DNA from: Eledone cirrhosa
Lineage: Eukaryota
Direction: 5' to 3'
Length of the DNA: 64,000 nt
Assembly (NCBI GenBank): GCA_964016885.1
Contig: OZ024751.1
Location: 42,470,001-42,534,000, forward strand
The position numbers and the translations under genes were made by a program. The notes beneath the pieces are model-generated. The model saw nothing but the letters and a program-made list of their open reading frames with translations. It did not search any database and had not been told where the DNA came from. Shown here one piece after another: positions 40,516-54,030 of this stretch (position 1 is its first letter; each line of letters starts with the position of its first letter).

Positions 40516-41059
40516 ATCATTTACTTCTCTCTCTTATCTCTTCGATGATCGACAATATCCCAGACCTCATTTGCTTAATGAGTTGGGTAGTACTCATCAA
40601 ATTGGACCAAGGAAACAATGTTTCCATTGGTCTTTCCATTGCTGACACTATCTACCAGTTGCAACTCCTGGCAGAAAAAGCAACATGAAATAAAGTGTCT
40701 TGCTCAAGGAGATAACACATCAGCCGGTCTGGGAATTGAACTCGCAACTTCATGATTGCGAATCTAAATCTCTAGCCAAGCCACGTGCAGCTTGCTAATG
40801 TCACTTAGTTATTTGATTAAATTCCTCCATTCTTGCAATTGTTAGACAGGTTCTTGTTGTGAATTGTGGCCCAGCTGAGGAGGTAGTGATGATAGAGCAA
40901 GTGTCAGGCAACAAGTTGCTTTGCTGAGGATAGGGAGGGGTGGGGTTCATCCTACTGTAGGAGAGCAATACCTTAAAATTAAAATAAACTGAAAAGGGTC
41001 ACATTTGTTAAAGATAGTTGCTTGTTTATTTATATTCTTCTAATTCTATTTAATTTCAG

Positions 41060-41146
41060 TTGACATTTGTCCAAGAGAAATTGTTTATTGGCTTAGAACA
41101 TGCACCGCCAACATTTGATGTGAAAACCAAAATTCTTGGGCCAGCT
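41060..41146 (+). CDS. KHDC4: KHDC4 exon, start of KH2: [29 protein letters not shown]
   Basis: ttcAG / GCT|GTGAGT. VQ+KLF+GLEHA.PTF.VK motif. Confidence 0.95.
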
Positions 41147-41630
41147 GTGAGTGTTGTGTGATTAATAATTACTGTGATAATCAAAACATTACTATTTTCC
41201 TTCTACTTCCTCTCCCCCTCTCACCTTATCGTTCTCTCTCTCTCTCTCTCTCATTTCTCTAACTTTCTTTTCTCTTCTTCCTTCTACTTTCTCTCTTTGC
41301 TGTTTTTCATTTTCTTTTTTCCTTTCTCTCTCTTTCCCTTTTGTCTTCTTTCTTTTTTTTTCTTTCTTTCTCTTTCTCTCCCCTCCTCCCACACTTTATA
41401 TATAAATTATTGTAAATTTATATTCCTTTTTTTTTTTTACCATTTGGCACCAAATGTTCTGGTCTTTAGTACATTTCTTTCAGTAGCCAATATATTCAGA
41501 TTTTAGGGAGACAGTTGCTTCTGATAGGACCCCCTGGAAGGCGTTTCTGAGGACTTTGCCCCCTCATGATCCTTCCAGAAATAAGTGGGTGAAGGAGTTT
41601 TTCAATACTAGTTTAAAGTGAAATTTGTAA

Positions 41631-41820
41631 TACAAGGGTTGGTTGAGAAGTTAATAGGCTGACCAAGATACTCTCATGGAATGACCAAATGAGGGTTACT
41701 TTTCAACATAGTGCTTGGAAAGAAACAATGCAGTTATTAATAGGAAGAACTGAAATTAATGCTTGCAAGATTTCACAGCTCTAGCATCACTATTTCATAG
41801 TCAGCCTATGAACCCTTGTA
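41631..41820. mobile_element. Mariner-type MITE
   Basis: tacaagggtt...aacccttgta, internal sequence as in the 7603 copy. Confidence 0.8.
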
Positions 41821-41929
41821 TATTAATACTCCTCCCGTCAAATGTAATTTAAAGGTTTCGTTTCTGTCAAGTTGTTTATAGTTTCTATTTTGTAATGTTT
41901 CATCTTTTGTTTGTTTGTAATTTAAAAAG

Positions 41930-42054
41930 GGCTGCTTTTTGCAACATATTCAAAATGAAACTGGTGCAAAAGTGACATTACGAGGAAAAGGATCTAATTT
42001 TATAGAATCTACGTCAGGCCGTGAAGCATTTGAACCTATGCACATTCACCTACA
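41930..42054 (+). CDS. KHDC4: KHDC4 exon, KH2: [41 protein letters not shown](Q)
   Basis: aaAG acceptor / CA|[34 protein letters not shown] is diagnostic. Confidence 0.96.
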
Positions 42055-43073
42055 GTAAGTTCCGTTGTTTTTCCTACTGGATTATTCTTTTCTTTATTTC
42101 AGAGAATTTCCTCCTTCTTTATCTCTTAACATTGTCAGCAGAAAATATCTAAAAGCAAATTTGTTAAATTCAAATATTTATTTTAATATCTTTCCCAGCA
42201 GATACATATTTAAAATTTGCAGCATTAAAGTAGAGACTTGAATTTTTTAATGATGCAGTTTCATAGTGCGGTTTTGTACTATGTCTTGCTAATGTGGTTT
42301 CATGTGTTACAGGATGTTAATAGTTAATGATGTGGAATAACTAACTGGAATGAGAATCATTTTCCAGGCTTGTCTAACTGAAATTGTACACTCAATCACT
42401 CGTTAAAACGTGTAGTTGAAATTTGGATTTAACCGTTTCAAATCCAACCTGCCTAAACCAAACAGCCTCTGATCTTATAAAAGAAAACCATCCATTTTAT
42501 AGAATTCTTATTTAGATTAAATTAAAACCTTTCAACATAATTTTATATAAGAACTTTTTTGTAAGTTTTTATTACAAATGCCATCTTAATAATGAAAAAT
42601 AAAATTAATTTTAGTTTATCATTCCAAATTGTGAAATGTCTGGAGTAATGTTATTTGAAAGGGTGCATAGTTTGGGGATCAGAGCTGCTCCAGTTAGAGT
42701 TGCTACTTTTCCAAATTAAGAGATCATAACTCTCATATGCAGTTAGAATGTCTCAGGAATGAATTTACAGGCAAAACCAAGCAGCAGGAGACCCAGGGGT
42801 AGACTCCGAGCAAGATGGTTGGATAACATCCATGAGCTTGGCTCACATAATTATTTCACATAATATCGAACCTATGAGATTTTGATATTATTTATTTTGA
42901 GGACTATACCTTAACATCAGTATGAGTGGCCAGTTACAACTGGTTTGAACAGAAAGAGGTGAGAGAATTCTGGCTGGGTATGGCCGGTTCAAAAGCTAAA
43001 GGGTTAAGGGAGTAGATTGTTTCATCTGTATATGGAACTTATGTCTTATGTATTTATATTTCTTTTAATTTAG

Positions 43074-43134
43074 ACATGCGAATATTATGGGATTGCAACA
43101 GGCCAAACAGCTAGCAGAAAATCTCATACAAACG
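43074..43134 (+). CDS. KHDC4: KHDC4 exon, KH2 helix: HANIMGLQQAKQLAENLIQT
   Basis: tttAG / ACG|GTAAGT. GL..AK.L.ENL+QT motif. Confidence 0.95.
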
Positions 43135-43976
43135 GTAAGTTTGCTTTCATAATATACACTCAACATACATTATCTCTACTTTTTCATATACTTTTCTATT
43201 ACGTTTTGCTTCCTCTCCTCTCCACAACACTTCCTTTCTACACTGAAATATGCAACATATTTCTATTAATTTTGTCTTATATCATTTTTTATTAAAGAAA
43301 ATTTTATTAAAAATTTTAATAAATAAATTTAATCAAAACTATTTAAAGAAAAAAAAAAAGATTTTTTCTTCTTCCTCTCTTCTTGCTTCTCAGGACTCCA
43401 ACATTATCATTTTTTTTTCTTTTTCTAACACTGACAATTTCTTGTGCATTTTATTTATTATTATTACCATATTTTTTTTTGTCCTTTTCCAAATTTTAAC
43501 CAAAATTTCTGTTCAACTTTCTAAGCCAGTTCTGTATGGTTAAAAGAGAAAAACTTAAGTCACATTGGACAGCTTAATGTATTTTTTTAATTAATGAAAT
43601 GATATTTTTCCTTGTTTGATATACTTAGTTATGTTTCAGAGTTCATTTACATATGGCCACTTTCAACTAAGTTGTGCTTTTCCTATGTTAATGTTTTTTT
43701 AAAAAAATATTTTTCCTAAATAAATAATTCTTCTGGTGGAAGGCACTGGACAAACAGCTACTTTGGTCCAAATTTTCTAACTTTAATTGGTTTGTTTTCC
43801 CTACCACCTTTGTCTTATGGCATCATGTCTTAAAAATAGAGGATTTACTTGCTTGTGTGACACCTTAAATACACATCAGTTCTCTGTTTTACCTTTCTCC
43901 CTCCTTCCCCTCATCTGTCTGCTGCAGATATCATTGATCTTAACATTTCAATTGAAAATCTCAAATCTTTATTGAA

Positions 43977-44496
43977 TCGACTTCATAAAGCTTTAGGTCG
44001 ACTTCATAAAGCTTTAGGTCGACTTCATAAAGCTTTAGGTCGACTTCATAAAGCTTTAGGTCGACTTCATAAAGCTTTAGGTCGACTTCATAAAGCTTTA
44101 GGTCGACTTCATAAAGCTTTAGGTCGACTTCATAAAGCTTTAGGTCGACTTTGTAAAGCTTTAGGTTGATTTCATAAAGCTTTAGGTCGACTTCATAAAG
44201 CTTTAGGTCGACTTCATAAAGCTTTAGGTCGACTTCATAAAGCTTTAGGTCGACTTTGTAAAGCTTTAGGTCGACTTTGTAAAGCTTTAGGTCGACTTCA
44301 TAAAGCTTTAGGTCGACTTCATAAAGCTTTAGGTCGACTTCATAAAGCTTTAGGTCGACTTCATAAAGCTTTAGGTCGACTTCATAAAGCTTTAGGTCGA
44401 CTTTGTAAAGCTTTAGGTCGACTTTGTAAAGCTTTAGGTCGACTTCATAAAGCTTTAGGTCGACTTTGTAAAGCTTTAGGTTGATTTCATAAAGCT
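43977..44496. repeat. 21-bp minisatellite, about 25 copies
   Basis: Unit tcgacttcataaagctttagg with ca/tg variants. Confidence 0.97.
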
Positions 44497-46608
44497 ATTG
44501 TAATTTATTTTGAGGGCTAAATGTCTTGTGTTTAGATTAAAGTTTAAAATGAATTTGTTAGTGTCATTATATTCTGTTCTTTGTGTGCAAATAATGTTAT
44601 ACTACTAACTTTCATCTAGTTAAAAGAATTTACCATTTATAGCAGTAGGTTGGAATTAGGAATAACATTGGGCATTTGTTTTAATATTTAGGACACATAC
44701 TTGAATTTGAGTCAGTAGAATAGAATATTGTCACTTCTCATAATTTACTCATTACATAATACAGATAACTTTTAACTACATTATACATTAAAGTAATGTC
44801 ATGGGTTTGATTTCTGGACAGGGCACCACCTGTTCTTCAGTAAAACACTACTGAAAATGAATAACAGTAGTAACTGGGGAGTTAACTCTACAATGGACTG
44901 GCATCTTGTCCAGGGAGAAGTCTTGTACTCTCAGTTGCTTAATGCCAAGGACACTGAGATCAGTCTGATGTGCTTCCATATTTATTTGTTATATAAAAAA
45001 AATATATTTTTTTTCCCCCAAGATTGCTTTGCATTAAATTTCAGAAGTTTAGGCACTGACATAACAAAAACTGATATTTAGATTAGTTGCTGAAAAATCC
45101 ATTTGGATAAGTTTGGCAAAATTACAAAAAAGCAGTCTTAGTTTTTTTTTTTAATATACATAAAACAAATTCCTTTACACCATAATTGTTTTATTTCTGA
45201 TCTGTTAGAATGTTTTCCTATAAGAACTTGATAGAATTTTAGGTTAAATACAAGACATTTTGCCATTTCCTCATTCTCAGAATTCTGCAGTAGCTCTTCT
45301 TCCTTCTTCTTCTTTTTTTTATACTCTATCTTCCCAAATGTTGCTTCAATAATTACTCTTCTTCTCTCTGGGATTTCATACTTTGTTATTTTGTCTTTAT
45401 TGTTAAGTTGAAATCTTTTAATATTTCTTAAGAAGTATCTTTCTGAAACAACCCCTTCCCTACCTCTTTCTCATCTATATTGAAACCAATTCTTGTCATT
45501 GTTTCTCATTATTAATCTAGCTTGTTCTTTTTATTACCATTATTACATCAGGGTAGCAGTAAAAATTATTGCTCTGCTTGAGAATAATCTATCTATTATG
45601 TAGTTATTATTCAATCTTATTACAATTTTAAGTATGTCTTCAAAGGTGTTTTTTTTTTCTTCAGTAAATGCATAACATTAAAATTTAATGAACCAATGTT
45701 ATTGTCCTCGTCAAGTTTTGAATATCAAATCAAAAATCTACATAAAAATAACAAAAACAAACTAATACCTTTTTAATTATTTTAATAAAACTCAAGTTCT
45801 ATTCAATCAAATTCTCTTTATATGTATATATGTATATATATGTGTGTGTATATATATATAAATTAATATATATGTGTATGTATATATATATATATATATA
45901 TATGTATAAATATACACTAATGTTTCCTTTTTCTTTCAAGTTTTTGACAGGATTTGAATTTAAACTTTCTATCCAAGGAAAGTTTTCTAACTATTACCTG
46001 ATTTAATTTAATTCCCTTTATTATCACCATTATTATTATTTTTATTTTACTATTTTGACATTAATTAACAATCTATATATTTCAAATGTACTTAGTGGTT
46101 TTGAAAATAGCTCCATGCTGTAAACTAATACGAAATGACAGTTATCTATATAATATTAACCAGATTATTATTTTTTTTCCCTACTTTTCCAAATCTCATG
46201 TTACAAAATAACTGTTGTGATTTAAACTTCCAGGCCAGTTTGGTGCTGTTTTTGTGTGGTCAATGAAATTTAACAGCAGAGCTAGATCTAGGCTTTTTAC
46301 TCTATTATTTTGAAATGTGCTGGTTCAAATGTTTCTTGAACTGACAAGATATTCTATTTTTATTATGTCCAGAAAACAACTGCTGATATTATTTTACAAT
46401 ATATATTATATATATTATATCTCTATATTTAAAAAAAATCAAATTAATGTTTATATTCCATGGAGGTTTTAATGAAATAGTTGAACATGGCACAACGTTA
46501 GTTAGAATTGCTGTGGGATTATCTAAAATGATTTATTTCAATTTGAAGAACTCTGCATGGGGAAATATGTTAATATGTATATATATAATATATATATATA
46601 TATAAATA

Positions 46609-46643
<35 letters not shown>

Positions 46644-48943
46644 ATGTTTTGAACAATGAAAATAAAACAAGATGAAGATAGGTTCTTAATTAGTTCATTA
46701 TTTTACAATCGTTTCAGAGGGTTGATTGATCATGATAAATCAATATATTGACTAATTGCTAGTGGTTATGTCACCACCTATTACTAGTCTCGATATTCTA
46801 GACCCAACTCAATCTTCCTAGGAAGCTATTTTAACGGCTGTTCTAGCGATGAGTTTTTTCATTTTTATATGTATTCAATCAAATACACTCTCGCTTCGTC
46901 TCAGAGACAACATTGTTTATATATATATATATCTATATAGTTTTGAATAATTTTCATTTCTTTGTGCATCTCTGTGTGTATGTGTGTAATTCAGTTAGTT
47001 TCTTGAAGTTTCATAATTTAAAAGGATACATAAAGTAAAATAGTGAAATTTTGTGTGGCTTTCTTCAATGTAAATAGTTTTTCAGTAATTTCAAATTACT
47101 ACCTTTGGTCTCTTCTGAGGGTTATGTAAATGGTTGAAATTAATGTCGATTAAATACTGATAGCTCAGTGAAGGATTTAAAAATAATTTTCATATATTAG
47201 AAATTTAGGAATAACATTTTTTTTTTGCTTTAAGAATATTAATATGGGCTCCAATATTTATTAAATATCTACGCCTTTAAAAAAAAAAATCATTTAACCT
47301 TTGTTAAATATTTAATCCCTAGTAGGGTTGCTTTAATATTTTAATTCAGTACTATTATAATTTTATATCATCTTATATGCTGTTACTGTTATTTGTTGGT
47401 TTAAATGTGTTTTTTTTAATTGAAAATGTTCATTGTTTTTTTCTAATTGCATACATAATTATTATTTTAAAATTTATGTGTATCTTAATTATATATTTGA
47501 TGCATTTTCTAAGTTAGATGTTAACAATTGAAAAAAAATTTTTTTTTTTTTTTAACCTATATCAAAATAAAAATTTATTAGTATCTACCAATATAGTGGC
47601 TAGGGTGACATCTGAATAGAATCGTATTTCTTGGAGACATTTCATTTAGACTGAAATATGTATCAACTGTCTTTTCCCTATAATCAAATCATCTATGTAA
47701 TTTAACTTAAATTCTGTGGTTAATTACTTCAGTTTCTGAGCAAAATTACCTCACCATTACCTGCATCATGGTAAACCCAAGAATCTAACATCTTCCAACT
47801 ACAGAGTGTTTACCATTTGTGGCAATTATCAAAATGTTTCAGATGAGATTATTAGTGTTCTGATGTTATTTTTTGCTTACCTTAGCTCAACCTTTATAGT
47901 TTTAAAGGTCAGAAGGGTTAGTTTAAATTTCTTCTTTAGTCACAACTAAAACATCCAAGCAACTAAATGGAAATTTTGCTCTCAAGTTGATTTTATGCCC
48001 CAAAATATGCCGTAGTCACTTTAAAGTTTGAAAGAGACATGAGTTTTTATTAATAATATTTGATATTAATATTCATACAAATTTTGGTGAAACCACAATG
48101 TTGAGGGCCAAAATATTTACTTGAGTGGGGTTTCTTCTCTGAAGATCTTCTGCTGTCCAGCTCTCCTGAGAGTTTCTTACCATAATTTTGCATGAAATAA
48201 GCTTGCAAACCTAATAAATAAACCAGACCAATTTTCAAGCCTTCCCAAAATTACTGATATTTTCAGTTTGATTCTTTTTTTGTTTTTCAAATCTTATAAT
48301 AATTTGCCAATTCCATATTATGATACCTATCATCTGACACTGAAACTCTGTTCAATAATTCCCCATGGGAGCAGCTTTAAGCATTTTTTTTTTTGTTTTA
48401 CTTTGGTTTGAGCCATTGCTCATTTATGCCAAAACCAATAAAGAATTAAAAGAATTATTTTAAAGAGAACACTTTCCTTGGAATAAACATGATGTTGGTT
48501 AGTAAAATCTGTCAGGGTTTTGTTAATGTTATAATCGGTTCATTAATTATTATTCTTATGTCACTGGAATACTTAAATAAAGTACTCAGTATTTGATAAT
48601 TTATCTCTATATAATTAGTTTCAATCTATTATTACAGCTATTATTATTGTTATTATTATTACTATTTTTATTATTACTATCATTATTATTTTCATTATCA
48701 TTATTATTTTTATTATCATTATTATTATTATTACTATTATTATTACTACTGTTATTATTAATTAATGTTGTTGTTGTTGTAGTAGTATTATTATGATCTT
48801 GTTTCTTCTCTGCTACTTAACTGCTAATGATTCAGGCACAACTTGAGGGTTCAGATGTTGTTGTCGTCCCATCAAAATTTAAAAAAAAAACAAAAAAAAA
48901 ACGGGCTGCAAGATAACCAGTCCGATGCATTATTTTGTTCTAG

Positions 48944-49043
48944 GTTCAGCAAGACTACGCCCAGTTTCAGCAGGCCCTGGCTGCCATGCCCGCATCCATG
49001 AGTCCTGGGACAGCCACCTTGTTGGCTGGTTTACAGCAGCAGA
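48944..49043 (+). CDS. KHDC4: KHDC4 exon: [33 protein letters not shown]
   Basis: ttctAG / A|GTAAGT, phase 0-1. Continues the QT-V..+Y..F helix. Coding-like GC content in AT-rich surroundings. Confidence 0.9.
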
Positions 49044-52000
49044 GTAAGTTTTTCTTCTAGCTCGTAGTACAACATTTTTGTATCCATGTCACTCAATTTG
49101 ACCTTTCTTCCTTGTTCTTTGCAGCATTATTTTTGTCTCCACCTGCCTGCCCTGCAATTTAAGCTATTTTTTTTTCATTAAAATTTGGCTGACAAATTGC
49201 TGATAGTTGAGAAACAGTATATGTAAATATATTTGTATGTAGGTGTCTCTGTATGTAGGTTTTTTTTTTTTCTGTGAGTAATAAAAGAAAAAATGCATAC
49301 ATATATGCGCACATAAATTTATATTTATAGATACACAATACACAAGCATATCTGCACACGAATTGTGTGTAGTGTGTAGTTTACATGTATTCATTGTATG
49401 TATTTTACATATCTGCTTATGGACAAGTGCATATGTGTATTTGTGTATGTATATTGTATAAATGTATGTATGTATGTACACACTAATCGTGTGCAAATGA
49501 TAAAATAAATGTTTGTGTATCTATGTAATTGTGTGTACACACACAGCACAAACATATATATACATACAATATATGTATATACATGCACACACATACATAT
49601 ATATATATGCATTTATAATATATATATATATATGTATATATATATATGTATATATAAATACTTGTATGTATGTATATTTATATATATATATATATTTAAA
49701 TATATATATATGTGTATTTAAATATATATATATGTGTATATTTAAATATATATATATATATGTATATTTAAAATACACACACGCATATATATATGTATGT
49801 ACATATATACACACACATGCCTACTTTTGTGTGTATGTGCGTGTATGGGTTTTTGCATATGTCTGTGTGTTTAACATATTTACAATCAATCAACTTATGA
49901 TCTCTATAGTATACTAATTGAATCTTTCTCTCGCCCTTTCTGTACATTCAGATGGGGGGTGTTTGGGGGAACAAACAGCCAGAAGTACATTTTACGCACA
50001 ATTTTTTTTTATTATTCCCAAATTATCAATCTATCTTCCTTTCCTGTGTTTAAAAATGTTCCTACTTTTTGTGTGCTTTTTTTTTCTTCATTTTTATTTA
50101 TTATTACTTTTTAAAAAAGGTAAACAAAAACATTAGTTTAAATTTATTGTTTGTGCCAAGCTATGTATTTTTTTTTTTCTTTCACAGGTACTAATAAGCT
50201 TTTTGTTTCTAGTTTGCAGAATTATTCTTGAATTCAACATAGTTATGTTTGAAGTTAATCTTTTACAATCTCCAGCCAATCTACTTTCTTTCAAAATAAT
50301 TTCCAAGCTAAAGTTGTCCAAAGTCTCTGATAGGTGTTCTTCATAATTTCGCTGGTGCTAATTAGCTGAAATTGTGTCAGAATTGTTTTAAAACATTCTG
50401 TAATATTGTTCAATATTGACTGAGTCAATACCAATAGCATTACCACTTCTTTGTAAACTCTCCTCTTACAAAATAGACTTGCAATCATGAAAACTATTTC
50501 TGTTGCCAGTAATCTTCTAGATAGATAACTTGAAGGATGTTAAAATATTGTGCTTCTCTAAACTTTCAGAGACCACTAAGTTCTGTGGATAAACTACACA
50601 ATGTATTTTATCACAATTTGAAGGAATTCTTTGGCATTCTTTAGTTAACAAATTGTTAAATATACCCAGTTATTCAATAGCATTAACGTACACACATATA
50701 CATCAATTTAGGCATGTTCTAAATGGAATATTTAAAGTCTCAAACCTTTATCGTTAGTTATAATCCTCATTAAATCCCCACCTACTTAAAATATTGTTTA
50801 TTATTTAGATTAAAATCAAGCAGATATTAATTATTAAAGAAGAAAATGTTATCTCGATTCTCCCCCCCCCCCCCCACTATCTTTCACTCCCATTCTTTCT
50901 CTGTCTCTATTTCATATTCTGTGTAACCTAGCTATTACCTCATTATCTGCTGATGTCTACAATTATGGCACATTTAACAATTTTTTCTAATGTGTCAAAT
51001 TTTATGTAGAAACTGTTCAAATTAAATATTAAATAAACGAGGTAATTGTTATTGTTGGTAAGTTAATATTTATTAACAACTTTAAATGATTGAACTCAAT
51101 ATTTACCTTAGATAACATTTTAAAATCTCGTTTGGAGATAATTACAACTATCTATTAACTAGTTTAATTTCTTTTTTCAATATTATTATTATTATTATTA
51201 TAAATATGTAATGTATTTATTAGATATAGAATGGCTTATACAAACCTAGAAATATGTATTACTGTTAGCTGTTGTTGGGGTGGTAGATTGTCAGTATCGG
51301 TAGAGCGCCGGGCAACATGCTTTGTGGCATGTAATTACATCTCTCTATGTTCTGAATTTGAATCTTGCTATGGTTAGCTTTGCCTTTCATCCTTATGGGG
51401 TCAATAAAATAAAGCACCAGTGACTCACTGGTTTACTTGGGCTCTGGGAGTAAAACTGGGTAGATAGAAACTGTTGGGAAGTCTGTTGGATTGACATTGA
51501 CTGTATTTGAAATTTAAAGGGCCAGCCGTGTCACACATTGTATAATGGTGAATCTCCCTGAGAATTATGTTAAGGGCACACGTGTCTATGGATTGCTCAA
51601 CCACCCACTTACATGTTAATTTCATGAGCAGGCTGTTTCATTGTGGTTGTTCTAGTTGTTCAAACTAGAACAACCACAAGAGCTGGTCAGATCTGATTAG
51701 GAAGGATTAAATTTCACTTGCTGAATAGTGTTAAGTTAGACTGTTAACCTTGTTGTAATGGCTGTTTTATTTTACAAAACTGTTTATATAAAAACAAAAC
51801 ATTATTAAAGGGAACAAAACAAAAAAAAGGAAAAAAAAAAAAGAACCAAAGTGATGAAAGAAAAGGAGAGGGGGGAGGGACAGACTGTTCCACTACAGCG
51901 TAGAAATATTATATCAGGAGTTGCTACTATAATTAAAATATAACATTTTGTATGTTTTCTAAAGTGAGAGAACTTGTTTCTTGTCTGGTGTTGGGGTATT

Positions 52001-52303
52001 GGGTTCTTTTTTTGTTGTTGTTTTGTTTTGTAATGGAAGTATGTGGATGGCATAAAATATCCCATGTTTTTGGTCAAATTAAGATAAATAATTTGCTGAC
52101 TTGAGATATCTACCAGTTGTAGAGTAATGTCCTTGAAATAACTTTGAATTGTGGCAGCTTCGGATATGGATTTTTATTGGCCACCATTATTGATTCTTTT
52201 AGATTTTGGCAGAGAAGACAGATCTACTAGAATACTTCCCTCCTGGATTTACCTGTATAACTGGTGCTTCTGATACTATTAAGGAATTAAAAACCTTTTG
52301 GCA

Positions 52304-52336
<33 letters not shown>

Positions 52337-53691
52337 CCAAATTATTTAATTCTTAACACCCCGTAATGATTGTCCAGGAAATGTTGATTCAAATGTTTAT
52401 AGTATCTTTACTATTAGACAGATCATTGTGAAAGATATTAGTGTATTAGGGTAACTGATTTAGTGTGATGCAGTCTGTGCTGTTTGATTTTTATATTTCT
52501 CAAGAATGTTTTGCCACTGAAGTTTCATGTGGTATATGCAGAGCGTTAAGAATCAACACACACATACAAATGTGCACATTTCATGCACCAAGCACCAAAA
52601 ATTAGTCTGTTAGTCCTATATAATGAATTAAAGACATTTTTTTTTTGTTTCTGTCAGTGAATATGAATTGTTTTGAGACTCTAAATACCATTGACTTAGA
52701 ATATTTAGTCTTATATTCTCTTCTTTCACTTTTTAATGTTGTTCAATTTTGCTTGTGTATATTTGTTGTGAAATGGGATGCTTATGTGTTACTTTGCTAG
52801 GATTTAATATTCTTCATATTTTGCAGCATTCCTTTTGGTTTCAAAAAAAAAAAAAAGTTTTATATTTCTTCAGAATATTTTTATGGCTAATTTTTCTTTC
52901 ATTTTTTTCAAAATTTTTTTTTTCTTTAGTCAATTTGTGACTGTATTTACTATTTACTAACCCTGTAACAGCTTTAACAGTTGATTGGATATTGTTATTA
53001 TTATTTTTTATTTAAATTTCATTATTGCTTGTTTCTCTCTCTCTCCCCCCCACTCTCTCTCCCTCCCTCTCCTCTCTTCTCTCTCTCTGTTTCTCTCTCA
53101 ATTTGCTGCATCTTGAATAATTTATAGCCCAGCTTAGATATGGGGTCAACGAGAGATTCTTGACTCAATTTGGACCTACTACTGATCACTAACTGCTGCT
53201 CACTATTGTAATTCTAGTTTGTTTTTCTTTTCTTTAAAAACAAACTTCCATTCAAAACTGCTTAAATGATGTTTCTCTCTCTCTCTCTCTTTATTTTTTA
53301 CCTTCCTGTTTGCTTAAGTTAATGTTTTGTGCCTGTCTGTATATGTTTGTTTCTGTACATTTGGCAGTGTTTTTTTTTTTGTTTTTTTTTTTTAAACCTA
53401 AAACAAACAACAAACAAACAAACAAAAAAAACAACTTTATTTGGTTATTTATTGTTTAGAATTTAATGTGTGCTGTTTTAAAACCAACATTTCAGTATTT
53501 GTTCTACGTGCAACAATCTCACTTTTCGTATTGACTGATCCCTCTCTCCCAGGAGAAGATTCTACACAGCCACTGACAAAGCAAGCACAAAAAAAAAAAA
53601 AACGCACAAGGGATCTCTCTAAACCGCCGGAAACTGTCCTTGGTTCTATAATACGATGTTTATTCTAAAGTGCTTATATTTATCAAGCAAA

Positions 53692-54030
53692 GATGTGTGG
53701 TTTAGTGGTTTGGGTATTGAGTTCACAATCGTTAAGTCATTAGTTTGATTCTCGGACCAGGTGATACAGTGTGTCCTTGAGCAAGACACTTTATTTCACA
53801 TGCTCCGGTACACTCAGCTGGCAAAATTGAGTTCTACCTGTAATTCAAAGGGCCAACCTTGTCATGCTCTGTGTTATGCTGAATCTCCCTGACAACTACA
53901 TAACTTCATTAAGGATACTCATGTCTGTGGAATGCTCAGTCACTTGCATGTTAATTTTATGAGCAGGCTGTTCCATTGATCGAATCCACAGGAACTCTTG
54001 TCATCGCAACTGGCAGTGACAAACAACAAC
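53692..54030 (+). mobile_element. tRNA-derived SINE (fourth family)
   Basis: tggtttagtgg head, body tgaatctccctga..gttaatttyatgagcaggctgtt shared with about 51515-51640, (caa)n tail. Confidence 0.7.

Noticed and set aside
52203-52273. Possible cryptic exon after tcttttAG
   Set aside because: No convincing donor and no homology. Such acceptors are common by chance in T-rich DNA.
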